Assembly (NCBI GenBank): GCA_050253335.1
Contig: JBFWJG010000002.1
Location: 24,269-88,268 of the forward strand
Direction: 5' to 3'
Length of the DNA stretch: 64,000 nucleotides
Origin: Deferribacterales bacterium
GTDB lineage: Bacteria; Chrysiogenota; Deferribacteres; Deferribacterales; Geovibrionaceae
Below are positions 9,384 through 19,105 of the stretch, piece by piece. Under the pieces are notes generated by a model. It saw nothing but the letters and a program-made list of their open reading frames with translations. It ran no database searches and was not told the origin of the DNA. A program made the translations under genes and the position numbers. How positions within the stretch are numbered: position 1 is the first letter of the stretch; each line of letters starts with the position of its first letter.

Positions 9384-10358
9384 TTACGCTTTGCCGGCTG
9401 AGCCGAGAACGTTCAGGTTTTTATGCTTGTAAAGCTCTATGAGCTCTGTTCTTGCGGGTTTAAGGTATTTTCTGGGGTCAAACTCCGTGGGGTGTTTCGC
9501 CAGAGTTTCCCTTATCATGGCTGTGAACGCCAGTCTTCCGTCACTGTCTATGTTGATTTTGCATACTGCGCTTTCCGCCGCTTTTCTGAGCTGTTCCTCG
9601 GGGATTCCCACCGCGCCGTCCAGCTTGCCGCCGTAGTTGTTTATTATCTCCACATATTTAGGCACAACGGAAGAAGCGCCGTGAAGAACTATGGGGAATC
9701 CGGGAAGGCGTTTTTCGCACTCCTCAAGTATGTCAAAACGGAGAGGGGGCACGGATTCACCGGGCTTGACCTTGAACTTGTAGGCTCCGTGTGAGGTTCC
9801 TATGGATATGGCGAGGGAGTCAACGCCTGTTCTCTTGACAAACTCCTCCACCTCGTCAGGGTTTGTGTAGTGCGATTTTTCAGAGGAGACATCGTCCTCG
9901 ATGCCTGCCAGAACGCCGAGTTCGCCTTCAACGGTTACATCAAACTGGTGCGCATATTCCACAACCTTTTTTGTAACGGCTATGTTCTCCTCAAAGGAGT
10001 GGTGGCTGCCGTCTATCATTACTGATGAAAAGCCGAAGTCCACGCAGTCCTTGCATGTTTCAAACGTGTCGCCGTGGTCAAGGTGAAGGGCGATGGGGAT
10101 TTCGCAGCCCATCTCCTTCGCGAGGGCGGTTGCGCCCATTGCCATATAGCGGAGCATGGTGGCGTTCGCGTATTCCCTTGCTCCTTTGGAAACCTGAAGT
10201 ATCAGGGGTGATTTGGTCTGCACACAGGCGGTGACAATCGCCTGAAGCTGCTCAAGGTTGTTGAAGTTGTAGGCGGGCACGGCGTATTTGCCGTCCATAG
10301 CTTTTCTGAACATTTCCCTTGTGTTCACAAGGCCTAATTCTCTGTAGGAAACAGCCAT
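9384..10358 (-). CDS. fba: Class II fructose-1,6-bisphosphate aldolase
   Basis: LHLDHG, SVMIDGS, VEGELG, GTSHGAYK, VLHGAS. Confidence 0.97.
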   Translation of the reverse strand: MAVSYRELGLVNTREMFRKAMDGKYAVPAYNFNNLEQLQAIVTACVQTKSPLILQVSKGAREYANATMLRYMAMGATALAKEMGCEIPIALHLDHGDTFETCKDCVDFGFSSVMIDGSHHSFEENIAVTKKVVEYAHQFDVTVEGELGVLAGIEDDVSSEKSHYTNPDEVEEFVKRTGVDSLAISIGTSHGAYKFKVKPGESVPPLRFDILEECEKRLPGFPIVLHGASSVVPKYVEIINNYGGKLDGAVGIPEEQLRKAAESAVCKINIDSDGRLAFTAMIRETLAKHPTEFDPRKYLKPARTELIELYKHKNLNVLGSAGKA

Positions 10359-10443
10359 TTATAAAACCTCCGTTACATTATATCTGTTAAGAAAACCGCC
10401 AATCAACTTTCCCCTTCAGGCGGACTTCCCCGTGACCGGTGTG

Positions 10444-11004
10444 TTAAAGAAACATGCTGAGGCTCATGCGGATTTCGTCCATTTTGAGCCTTATGCCGTC
10501 CCTTGAGTCTGCGGCGCAGTTCGGTATTACCATGCCGTAAAATTTGAGCCCGTAGTGAGTGAACACTCTTTTCGCCCATTCCACGGCGGGCTCGCCGTGA
10601 CCGCGGTTCCCCGCGCCCTGAACGAATATGAAGAACAGCTTCTGCTCCGGACGGAACTGCGGAATTCCAGCCCTCTTCTTGAGGCAGACCCATCTGTCTA
10701 TGAAGGTTTTGCAGATGCCCGTGACAGCCGCGTAATAATTAGGGGAGGAGAGAATGATAAGATCAGCCTCAAGGAGCTTGGGCAGAACGGCTCTGAGGTC
10801 ATCATCCGTTTCGCAGATCCCTTCACCCGTCCGGCAGTTTTTACATCCGCCGCAGTTGGAAAACTTCAGTTCCCTCAGGGCTATTACTTCGCAGTCCTCA
10901 CCGCTGAATTTTTCAGCAAGCTGTTCTGAAAGCCAAGCACAGTTCCCACCGGAACGGGGGCTTCCGTCAATTATCAAAACCTTCATAATGTTCTCCAAGT
11001 TCAT
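10444..11004 (-). CDS. Flavodoxin-like / iron-sulfur flavoprotein family protein
   Basis: DGSPR.GGN, CxxCxxC-x5-C cluster, SPNYY. Confidence 0.88.
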   Translation of the reverse strand: MNLENIMKVLIIDGSPRSGGNCAWLSEQLAEKFSGEDCEVIALRELKFSNCGGCKNCRTGEGICETDDDLRAVLPKLLEADLIILSSPNYYAAVTGICKTFIDRWVCLKKRAGIPQFRPEQKLFFIFVQGAGNRGHGEPAVEWAKRVFTHYGLKFYGMVIPNCAADSRDGIRLKMDEIRMSLSMFL

Positions 11005-11092
11005 ATTATCCGTATTAGGCTGAACTCTGCAACATCTTTTAACAGCAAATAATCACCTTGACGAAGAGGCGCTGTAAAAGGATAATTCGTTT

Positions 11093-12892
11093 ATGGAAGA
11101 TATGCTTAAAAAAATAGAAGAACTCGGCATAAAAGTGATAAATCCTTCGGAAAAAGGCCTTCTCGCCTTCGAAGGGAAAAAATACGATCTGCCCGCGGAA
11201 ACCGTCACCGTCTGGCTTGAAACAGTGTTTGCGGATAACGCAGGGCTCATAGGTCTCACATGCGGCGATTTCAAAGCCGTGCTCCTCAAGGGAGTTTACA
11301 AGGACTTTGTAAGGCTCATTGAAGGCGAGCCGAACATTGAGCCTGCCCGCATGGTGAAACTGGCGGAAATTGCAGTCAGTGCGGAAAAAGGGCTTGAGAC
11401 TCCGGTGCGCCTCGGCGTTTTTTACGCAGGGGAGGAGGAGCGCTTTGTCTTCAGCGCGGAAGAGATTAAGCCGGCGGATAAATACCTGTACGACAGGCGT
11501 GTTCCGCAGGTGCCGGCGGCATTGTCGTCTGTGGAGTACACCCTTTCCCAGCATGAGGGCGTATCAGAAAAAACTCTCTACGGAAGGGGCATGACGGGAG
11601 GATACTTTCCCGAAACCCTTTCCCCTTTTGCCCTTTCGCTTGCCAAATCTGTTCCCGATCTCTTTAACCCGCTGATGATAAGTGTTAATGTCAAGACCGC
11701 GAGCCCGTCCCTCGCCTGCATATGCGGCAAGCCGTTCATAAATACCGGAAGCATTGACCACATATGCACCACGGCAGGAACAACGCAGGACTACTATCTG
11801 CTGAACTATGCTCCGTGGATATACGTTAAAAACAGGAAGTCTTCCTTCAGTCATCCTAATCTGAAAATTTTCGCTATCAATGATGAAGAGATAAAAGAGG
11901 GCATAGAGGACATAAAATCAAAAGAGATGAGCAAAGAGCTTCTTTTCTCGGATGATTTCACTGAATTTTTGGCCCTCTCTGCCATGACCATGCAGCTTAT
12001 CCAGCTAAAGGCATGGGAAAGCTTTACGGAAGGCTTCTCCCTGCTGAAGGACTTCGGAACACTGCTGAGGTTTGTTTATCTCACAAGAGAGAATCCGCTA
12101 ATCAGCAGCCCCCTTGAGATGCCCCCGTTTCTTGATCCGTTCTATCCGCCCATGAAAGGGGAGGTGCACCGGAGCTTCAAATCAGCGGACTTTGACTCTC
12201 TGTTTGCCGCTCTGCCCGCGTCAAAGCGTTTTCTACTGAAAAAGGACAGGCTCCGCAAAACCGTCCGCTCGCTCCATACATGCCTTGATCTCAGGGACAG
12301 TCTGACCGAGGCGCTTTTCAGTGTTTCGGCAAGCCTGCACGGCCTTGTTCTCTCCTTCGGGCGGGAAATGGTTGAGGGAAGACTGATCAAAAACCCCATG
12401 GACGCGTTCGCTTTTGATCTCACTGATCTGAAAAACTTCTACAACGATGAATATTACGGAAACATACCCGTCACCCTCTGGTTCAAGAAATGGCAGGGGG
12501 AACGCAATGCGGCTCAGTTTGCGCCTTACGATATTTACGAGAAAGACATAGCGGACACAGCCTCAATAGCGAGGAAGATGCTTGCGAAAAAGCAGACGGA
12601 AATCCCGTGCGTTTCCTTCGGCCACACGGAGTACGAAGGGCTGGGCTGTGCTCCTGTGCGCCTTGATGACAGGCTGACGGATATCGCCCTCGTACGGAAT
12701 CTTTCTCCTGTTCTGCTCCCGATGCTGGACGGCTGTCACGCTGTTGTCACGGACACGGCGCCCCTTTTCTCATACCTCACAGAATACTGCATACGCACGG
12801 AAACACCGCTTTACACAGGAGTGCGCTTTGCGGGACTTTACAGCGGCAGAAGGATAAAACTGCACGGAGATAAAATAGAAATAAAGGATTAG
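11093..12892 (+). CDS. Hypothetical protein resembling a degenerate PEP-utilising enzyme (PPDK/Rph-like)
   Basis: 599 aa; YFPETLSP central motif; C-terminal AVVTDTAPLFSYLTEYCIRTETPLYTGV resembles the swivel domain but lacks His. Confidence 0.55.
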   Translation: MEDMLKKIEELGIKVINPSEKGLLAFEGKKYDLPAETVTVWLETVFADNAGLIGLTCGDFKAVLLKGVYKDFVRLIEGEPNIEPARMVKLAEIAVSAEKGLETPVRLGVFYAGEEERFVFSAEEIKPADKYLYDRRVPQVPAALSSVEYTLSQHEGVSEKTLYGRGMTGGYFPETLSPFALSLAKSVPDLFNPLMISVNVKTASPSLACICGKPFINTGSIDHICTTAGTTQDYYLLNYAPWIYVKNRKSSFSHPNLKIFAINDEEIKEGIEDIKSKEMSKELLFSDDFTEFLALSAMTMQLIQLKAWESFTEGFSLLKDFGTLLRFVYLTRENPLISSPLEMPPFLDPFYPPMKGEVHRSFKSADFDSLFAALPASKRFLLKKDRLRKTVRSLHTCLDLRDSLTEALFSVSASLHGLVLSFGREMVEGRLIKNPMDAFAFDLTDLKNFYNDEYYGNIPVTLWFKKWQGERNAAQFAPYDIYEKDIADTASIARKMLAKKQTEIPCVSFGHTEYEGLGCAPVRLDDRLTDIALVRNLSPVLLPMLDGCHAVVTDTAPLFSYLTEYCIRTETPLYTGVRFAGLYSGRRIKLHGDKIEIKD

Positions 12893-12900
12893 GCCTGCCT

Positions 12901-13860
12901 ATGGAAGAAAACTTTGAAAACGTTTCGGACTGCCTGCATTCGCCTGAGACTCTGAACGCGCTGAGGGAAACCGAAGATGACTTCAAAGACCGCATCAAAG
13001 GAATGATAGCGGGCAATATCATAGGCGACATGCTCGGACTTACCCAGATGTCGGGCGTCGGAACGCTCCTTCCTGTGCGCCCTGTTCAGCTTAAAGGAAA
13101 ATATCAGAAGGATATAACTGGCGGCGGAATATACGGACTGCCCGCCGGAAGCTGGACGGATGACACCTCCATGCTGACTGCCCTCGCCGAAAGCCTCCTT
13201 GAGAAAGGGTGCGTAAACCCTGAAAACGAACGCAGACACTATATGAAATGGTTCATCGAAGGCGCCTACACTCCGTCCGGAGAAGCGTTCGACATAGGGC
13301 GCACCACCCGTGAGGCGCTCACAACAGGCATTGCCCCCTCAGACAGGGAGTCAAACGGAAACGGCGCGCTGATGCGCTCCTCCGTCATCACCGCATGGTA
13401 CATCAGCTCCACGGACAAAAACCTCATAGACGCTTCAGGTCTCTCCTGCTCTGTCACGCACGCCCACCCCGTGGCAAAGTTCACAAACGTTATCTATAAC
13501 CTGCTTCTCAAAAAACTTATTACCGGCTTCGAGCCTGAACAGGCGGTTATGATGCTGAGGGATGAGTATGAAGGCCTCATGGACGATCTGAAGGATATTT
13601 TTCTTGAGCCGGAGGTTTACCAGACCACGCCCTACTGCGTTACCACACTTGAAACTGCCGTCTGGCTTAACATGGAATCGGCGTCATTTGAAGAGGCGCT
13701 TCTCAAGGCTGTTAACATAGGCGGCGATGCGGACACAATCGGCGCCGTCACAGGCGCTTTGGCAGGCGCATTCTACGGAAGCGGCGCCATACCCGCGAGA
13801 TGGCTGGCACACGCCGAGAATATTATGAAAAAATATGAAGGGCTGAAGATTTTTTTATAA
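12901..13860 (+). CDS. ADP-ribosylglycohydrolase family protein (DraG/ARH-like)
   Basis: GDMLG, WTDDT, FDIG, GNGALMR, THAHP, GGDADTIGA. Confidence 0.93.
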   Translation: MEENFENVSDCLHSPETLNALRETEDDFKDRIKGMIAGNIIGDMLGLTQMSGVGTLLPVRPVQLKGKYQKDITGGGIYGLPAGSWTDDTSMLTALAESLLEKGCVNPENERRHYMKWFIEGAYTPSGEAFDIGRTTREALTTGIAPSDRESNGNGALMRSSVITAWYISSTDKNLIDASGLSCSVTHAHPVAKFTNVIYNLLLKKLITGFEPEQAVMMLRDEYEGLMDDLKDIFLEPEVYQTTPYCVTTLETAVWLNMESASFEEALLKAVNIGGDADTIGAVTGALAGAFYGSGAIPARWLAHAENIMKKYEGLKIFL

Positions 13861-13870
13861 AAAAAGCGCC

Positions 13871-14329
13871 TTAGTCTGCGTTGCTTTTACCGCTGAGGGA
13901 AACTATATTCAGCTTCACGGTCAGGACGCTCTTTGTCATGTTTTCGGTAAACTCGGTATCCGGCATACCGCAGTGGTTCATGATTATCTGAAGGGCTCTG
14001 CGCTTTTCCCCGTGGCTTTCCTGAATAACAGCCTCAGCCTCGCCGCTCACGGAAGTGAACTTCGTTGTCCATCTGCACGCGCTCTCAGCCTTTATAAGCT
14101 CGTTTTTCAGAATTATCTGGAAATATATTTTGGGGTCTTTCCTCAGGAGGTCTATTTTGCGCCCCTGAGGTGCGCAGTGGAAATAAAAAGCATCGTCCTC
14201 ATAGCCGTAGTTCACGGTCACAAGGTAAGGATAGGGGGCATCCGCCAAGGCAAGGTGAATCACTTCACCCTGCTTCAGCAGATTTTCCAATAATTTATAA
14301 TCTTTTATCTCTCTTTCAGACCTGCGCAT
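13871..14329 (-). CDS. Pyridoxamine 5'-phosphate oxidase-like (NimA/FMN-binding split barrel) protein
   Basis: MRRSEREI start, PYLVTVNYG, YFHCAPQGRKID. Confidence 0.88.
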   Translation of the reverse strand: MRRSEREIKDYKLLENLLKQGEVIHLALADAPYPYLVTVNYGYEDDAFYFHCAPQGRKIDLLRKDPKIYFQIILKNELIKAESACRWTTKFTSVSGEAEAVIQESHGEKRRALQIIMNHCGMPDTEFTENMTKSVLTVKLNIVSLSGKSNAD

Positions 14330-14735
14330 CCGTAAGCTCAGCTTCTTCGTCAACGCACCCTGTGATCATGCTGCACGCCTGCTTTCTGCGCTCCATGCGC
14401 TTTTCGGGCATGTTTTCCTTGCATTTCACGCATGCTCTGTCAGGGTCGAATTCAATGTTTCCGCCGTCAATAACAAGCTGGTTTCCGTTCACAAGAAATC
14501 CCGCCACCTTCACTCTGGCTTTTTCAACAAGCCTGCTGAAAGTGGGGCGTGAAACGTTCATAAGCACGGCGGCTTCCTCGTGGGAGAGTCCTTCATAATC
14601 AGCGAGCCTGATTGCTTCAAACTCGTCGAGTGTTATTCCGACAGTTTTCAGTTTCTTGGCCGGAACCCCCCGGGGTTTGAAATGACAAATTTCCGGCACA
14701 ACACCTATGGTGCGGGGTTTTAATGGTCTGGGCAT
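14316..14735 (-). CDS. DUF134 DNA-binding protein
   Basis: MPRP.KPR, FKP.GVP, EFEAIRLAD.EGL.HEEAA..M.VSRPTF. Confidence 0.92.
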   Translation of the reverse strand: MPRPLKPRTIGVVPEICHFKPRGVPAKKLKTVGITLDEFEAIRLADYEGLSHEEAAVLMNVSRPTFSRLVEKARVKVAGFLVNGNQLVIDGGNIEFDPDRACVKCKENMPEKRMERRKQACSMITGCVDEEAELTDAQV

Positions 14736-15049
14736 AGTACACGTCCTCCAATGAAAAAACTAACGATGGTTGCACAAATTAAAAAACCTAATAACAGTTA
14801 TTACTACCGTTTCGGTATGTAAAATCATCATTTAGCGCATTTGTCAACAATTAAATTGTTAGCTCCTTAACAAGAGCACTATTTTAAGCTTATTCACAAG
14901 CATGTTACCCTCGAAAATAATTTTGTAAATTGTTCAGAGGTCTGACCACTTACATTTACTTATGCTTTACACTGGTGCAATTCAGAGCACGATTGCTCTT
15001 TAGGCAGACCGGTGTTCTTTTCATGCGGATATCAGTCAGCAGGTATGCG

Positions 15050-15673
15050 CTACTCAAACCTCGCGAACCTCTCTGGCGAAAATCTCATCTTCCTGTCCGG
15101 CAGTGATGCGCCCTCCCTGAACCTTCCCAGAGCAATGAGCATCGGAACAACTCTGCCCGGATCTATGCCGAAGGCTTCCTTTACCTTCACCTCGTCAAAA
15201 CCGTCCATGGGATGGGTGACATAGCCGCAGCCTTCCGCCGCCAGCATAAAGTTCATTGCAAAGAGTCCGGCGTTTTTCGCGGCGAAAATCTTCCTTCGCT
15301 CGCTCTCGGGCAGGCCGTAGAAGCCCCCTGCGGTTTTTTTGACCCCTTCGGCCGCTTCAGCGTCTGCGTAGCCCTTATCCACAAGGTCGCGCGCCACGGC
15401 GTCCAGATTCTCCTCCACCGCGTCCGTGTTGCCTATGATGATAAGCACAGCAGAGGCCTCCTCAACTTTGGGCTGGTTAAAGGCGCACTCCCGCAGAATC
15501 TTTTTGCGTTCCGGAGAACGAACAGCCACAACCTCCCACGGCTGTATGTTGTAGGAGGATGGAGCGAGAGCGGCAAGTTCAAGGAGCTCGGAAATTTCTT
15601 TGTCAGATATTCTGAAGGACGGATCGAAAAAATTGACTGATCTGCGGGTAATAATGGTCTGAACGGCATCCAT
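15050..15673 (-). CDS. Nitroreductase family protein
   Basis: RRSVNFF, APSSYNIQPW, THPMDGFD. Confidence 0.92.
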   Translation of the reverse strand: MDAVQTIITRRSVNFFDPSFRISDKEISELLELAALAPSSYNIQPWEVVAVRSPERKKILRECAFNQPKVEEASAVLIIIGNTDAVEENLDAVARDLVDKGYADAEAAEGVKKTAGGFYGLPESERRKIFAAKNAGLFAMNFMLAAEGCGYVTHPMDGFDEVKVKEAFGIDPGRVVPMLIALGRFREGASLPDRKMRFSPERFARFE

Positions 15674-15737
15674 GTTTCACCTCGTCATGGACTATTATAC
15701 CATTCTGATCCTTTTCCGGCACGGAAAGTTCGTTCTG

Positions 15738-16328
15738 TTATTTCTCTCCCGTGTATCCCTTGCACACCACATATATCTCAAATGAGTTTTTTCTGGTGGC
15801 CTCAGGTCTTATTACCTTAACCATATTAAAGTGTTTGCGCACTTCCTTCAGGAGCTCCTGAGTGTCTTCGCCGTCGAAAAGCTTGAAGCAGAAGTTGCCG
15901 TTTTTTCTCAGCACTTTCTTTGTGAAGTCAAAAATAATCTTAACAAGCTCACAGCTGTTCACATGGTCAAGAAGCTTTGTTCCGGAAGTGTTGGGCGCCG
16001 CATCGGAAAGCACCGTGTCAAACTCGGGGCATATGGAAAGCACCCTGAGCAGAATTTCGTTATCAGTCAGATCGCCCAGAATAAAGTGGAAGTTCGGATG
16101 CCCCATCCCCTCAACCTGAATGAGGTCAACACCCACCACGGGCTGTTTTTTCACTGTTTCCAGAACAATCTGGCTCCAGCCTCCCGGGGCGCAGCCCGCG
16201 TCCAGAACACGGCTGTTGGGGTTATAAAGCGCGTACTTTTTGTTAAGCTCCGTAAGCTTGTACGCCGCGCGGGACTTGTAGCCTTCCTTTTTTGCTTTCC
16301 TGTAGAAAGCGTCTTTTCTGTCATACAT
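15738..16328 (-). CDS. rlmE: 23S rRNA Um2552 methyltransferase
   Basis: YKSRAAYKL, DAGCAPGGWSQ, SDAAPNTSG, S.EIY. Confidence 0.95.
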   Translation of the reverse strand: MYDRKDAFYRKAKKEGYKSRAAYKLTELNKKYALYNPNSRVLDAGCAPGGWSQIVLETVKKQPVVGVDLIQVEGMGHPNFHFILGDLTDNEILLRVLSICPEFDTVLSDAAPNTSGTKLLDHVNSCELVKIIFDFTKKVLRKNGNFCFKLFDGEDTQELLKEVRKHFNMVKVIRPEATRKNSFEIYVVCKGYTGEK

Positions 16329-16355
16329 TTATAAATTCTCCTGCGCTCAGGCAGT

Positions 16356-17882
16356 TTATTCCTTGCTCACGGGAACCACATCATAATGCTCGATGTGGAA
16401 ATCCTCACTGGGGTTTACCTCTATGGTCACGCTCATCATAAGCTCTATCTCGTCCAGACTTTCCTTTTCGTCATTGAGTATGAGATCAACAACATCGGGG
16501 TGAGCCTCAACCAGTATCTTCTTGTTCTTGAAATAGGGCGCTATGCGGCGGATCTCCCGCAGTATGTCGTAGCACACGGTAAGCTTCGACTTCACTATAC
16601 CGCGCCCTTCGCAATAGGGGCAGGGCTCGCTGAGAGTCCTCGTGAGGCTTTCCTGCACACGCTTTCTGGTGACCTCCACAAGGCCGAGGGGCGATATATT
16701 CACCACGGAGCATTTCGCCCTGTCCCCCTTGAGTTCAGCTTCCAGAGAGGCGAGAACCTTCTCCTTGTTCTCGTCTCTGCTCATGTCTATGAAATCCACG
16801 ATGATTATGCCGCCGATATTGCGCAGGCGGAGCTGCCAGGCTATCTCTTTCGCGGCTTCAAGGTTGGTTTTGAGTATGGTTTCCTCAAAGTTACGCTTGC
16901 CCACGAAACGTCCGGTGTTCACATCTATCACCGTGAGCGCTTCCGCCTGATCGATTACGATATATCCGCCGGATTTCAGCCAGACCTTTTTGTCCAGTAT
17001 GCGGTTGATCTCGATCTCTATGTTGTAGTGATCGAAAACGGGAAGCTCATGCTCGTATAGCGCAACCTCCACATGGAGATCCGGCATATATTCCCTAAGA
17101 AAGGTCTTCATTTTCAGGTAGTCAGCCTTGTTGTCTATGATGATTCGACTGACCTTCTCATTAACCACGTCACGGAGGATGCGGAATATAAGGTCATGAT
17201 CCTCATAAACAAGGGTAGGTGCGCCGCTGCGGGTCATGCGCTCCTGAATCTTCGTCCAGAGGCGCAGGAGATACTCAAGGTCGCTCTTTATCTCCTCATA
17301 GCTTCGTTCCGCGGAAACAGTGCGGGCTATGAGCCCCATGCCTTTGGGCTTTATCTCTTTCAGTATCTGGCGGAGGCGTTCGCGCTCCTCGTCCTGCTCT
17401 ATCTTGCGGGAAACACCCACATGCTCATAGCCGGGCATAAGCACTATATAACGGCCGGGAACCGTGATGTGAGTGGTCAGGCGGGCGCCTTTCTGCCCTA
17501 TGGCTTCTTTTGCGACCTGAACGATTATCTCCTGCCCTTCACGCAAGAGATCCTGAATGGGGGGAAATTCCTGAACGCGACGCTCCGTTTCGAGATCGTC
17601 AAACTCGATGGAACCGTCCACGCTTTTTTCGAAAAACGCCACCTTTTCCCCGTTTTCCACATAAATATCCGCAACGGGAAGGAAGGCGGCCTTGCTTAAT
17701 CCTATATCGACAAAGGCGGACTGAATGCCCGGAAGCACCTTAACCACCCTGCCTTTGTATATGTTGCCCGCAACATTTTTGCTGTGGGCGCGTTCTATGA
17801 ATATTTCCGCCGTGCTTCCGTTTTCCAGCACAGCCACACGGCATTCGTTTACCGTGGAATTTATTATTATCTCTCTGGACAT
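16356..17882 (-). CDS. rng: Rne/Rng family ribonuclease (RNase G-length)
   Basis: GNIYKGRV, AFVDIG, IDVNTG, LRNIGGIIIVDFIDM, CPYC. Confidence 0.93.
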   Translation of the reverse strand: MSREIIINSTVNECRVAVLENGSTAEIFIERAHSKNVAGNIYKGRVVKVLPGIQSAFVDIGLSKAAFLPVADIYVENGEKVAFFEKSVDGSIEFDDLETERRVQEFPPIQDLLREGQEIIVQVAKEAIGQKGARLTTHITVPGRYIVLMPGYEHVGVSRKIEQDEERERLRQILKEIKPKGMGLIARTVSAERSYEEIKSDLEYLLRLWTKIQERMTRSGAPTLVYEDHDLIFRILRDVVNEKVSRIIIDNKADYLKMKTFLREYMPDLHVEVALYEHELPVFDHYNIEIEINRILDKKVWLKSGGYIVIDQAEALTVIDVNTGRFVGKRNFEETILKTNLEAAKEIAWQLRLRNIGGIIIVDFIDMSRDENKEKVLASLEAELKGDRAKCSVVNISPLGLVEVTRKRVQESLTRTLSEPCPYCEGRGIVKSKLTVCYDILREIRRIAPYFKNKKILVEAHPDVVDLILNDEKESLDEIELMMSVTIEVNPSEDFHIEHYDVVPVSKE

Positions 17883-17895
17883 AAATCAGCTCACC

Positions 17896-18495
17896 TTAAA
17901 GCCTGATTCTGCCCTCCAGAGCTTTCAGCAGTGTTACCTCGTCCGTATGCTCAAGATTCGAGCCGATAGGGACTCCGCTTGCTATTTTCGTCACGCTTAC
18001 TTCGGGAAAACGCTTCAGGAGACGGGCAATGTAAATAGCCGTGGTTTCCCCTTCCACATCAGGATTCATGGCCATGATGACTTCCGTCACCTCGCCGCTT
18101 TCAAGCCTTTCCATAAGGGAGGCTATGCGCAGCTCATCCGGCCCTATTCCGTCCAGCGGGGAAATCTTCCCGCCCAGAACGTGATAAAGCCCTCTGAAGC
18201 TCCCTGTGTTTTCTATGATGAAAATATCCTTCGGTTCCTCCACAACGCATATCTGAGAGCGCACACGGTAGCGGTCCTCACAGACCGAGCAGACCGGAGC
18301 CTCGGATATGCCGCCGCAGACAGAGCAAAAGACGGTTTTTTCCTTCAGGTATACAATGCTTTCCGCAAGACGCTTCACGTCCTCCTGCTTCATTTTAAGC
18401 ACATGGAGGGCTAGGCGTCCCGCTGTTTTCCGCCCGATTCCGGGCAGACGGGAAAGCTCATTAAGGCAGTTTTCAAATACTCTGTTCTTTATCAT
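17896..18495 (-). CDS. recR: Recombination mediator RecR
   Basis: LPGIG.KTA.RLA, C4 zinc finger, TOPRIM (YHVLGG, EGETTA). Confidence 0.98.
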   Translation of the reverse strand: MIKNRVFENCLNELSRLPGIGRKTAGRLALHVLKMKQEDVKRLAESIVYLKEKTVFCSVCGGISEAPVCSVCEDRYRVRSQICVVEEPKDIFIIENTGSFRGLYHVLGGKISPLDGIGPDELRIASLMERLESGEVTEVIMAMNPDVEGETTAIYIARLLKRFPEVSVTKIASGVPIGSNLEHTDEVTLLKALEGRIRL

Positions 18496-18519
18496 GCCGC
18501 AATACGGGCAACAAACGCC

Positions 18520-18834
18520 TTAGAACATTCCGGGCAGGTTAATACCCAGATTTCCCGTTATCTTGGAAAGTTTTTCCTGCATTTTTTCCTGTGCCTTGTT
18601 CATGCCTTCATTAACGGCAGCAACAATAAGATCCTGAAGCATCTCAACATCTTCGGGATCCACAACCTCTTTTTCGATCTTAATGCCCAGAACCTGATTC
18701 TTTCCGTTCACCTGAACAGTAACCATGCCGCCGCCCGCTGAGGCCTCAACAACCTCCTGCGCAGCCTCGGCCTGAGCTTCCTCGATCTTTTTCTGCATCT
18801 TCTGCGCCTGCTTCATCATCATCTGAATGTTCAT
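18520..18834 (-). CDS. ybaB: YbaB/EbfC nucleoid-associated protein
   Basis: AGGGMV.V, DPEDVEMLQDLIVAAVN; upstream of recR. Confidence 0.95.
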   Translation of the reverse strand: MNIQMMMKQAQKMQKKIEEAQAEAAQEVVEASAGGGMVTVQVNGKNQVLGIKIEKEVVDPEDVEMLQDLIVAAVNEGMNKAQEKMQEKLSKITGNLGINLPGMF

Positions 18835-18902
18835 GCGAAATTCTCCTTAAATTCTTAAATATATATATTAGATTCTGTTACTTACGTTTTTATTGCTAGT
18901 TT

Positions 18903-18942
18903 CTCCGCTCCGCACGGCGCAGCTTCCTTCCTTGGAGCTGTT
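18903..18942 (-). repeat. Truncated copy of three-hairpin element (family B)
   Basis: Minus strand aacagctccaaggaaggaagctgcgccgtgcggagcggag aligns to 59009-59048. Confidence 0.7.
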
Positions 18943-18950
18943 AATTACTG

Positions 18951-18998
18951 CGTCATCCTGAGCAAAAGAGATTCTTCGGCGGAAGCCTCAGAATGACG
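18951..18998. repeat. Internally deleted GTCATCCTGA...TCAGAATGAC palindrome (family A)
   Basis: cgtcatcctgagc...gagattcttcgg...ctcagaatgacg, same termini as the 58.6-59.0 kb units. Confidence 0.7.
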
Positions 18999-19074
18999 GA
19001 GGCGGGGATCAACCCGCGCCCTGAACTGCATATTATAAGACTAAAACAGATTTTTTCAAAGATAATAATAAAAA

Positions 19075-19090
19075 TGTTTCACGGGAAACA
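19075..19090. promoter_or_regulatory. parS site (1 mismatch)
   Basis: TGTTTCACGGGAAACA vs TGTTTCACGTGAAACA. Confidence 0.75.
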
Positions 19091-19105
19091 ATTGGAGGGG
19101 ATTTT

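Noticed and set aside
12901..13860. DraT/DraG nitrogenase switch-off system
   Set aside because: No draT or nif genes in the window; only family-level ARH assignment is supported
15716..15735. Sigma-54 promoter (cggcacggaaagttcg)
   Set aside because: Lacks the -12 TTGC element and faces away from the adjacent genes
18835..19105. SRP RNA (ffs) or tRNA upstream of ybaB-recR
   Set aside because: No SRP domain IV motif or cloverleaf; the hairpins belong to repeat families A and B
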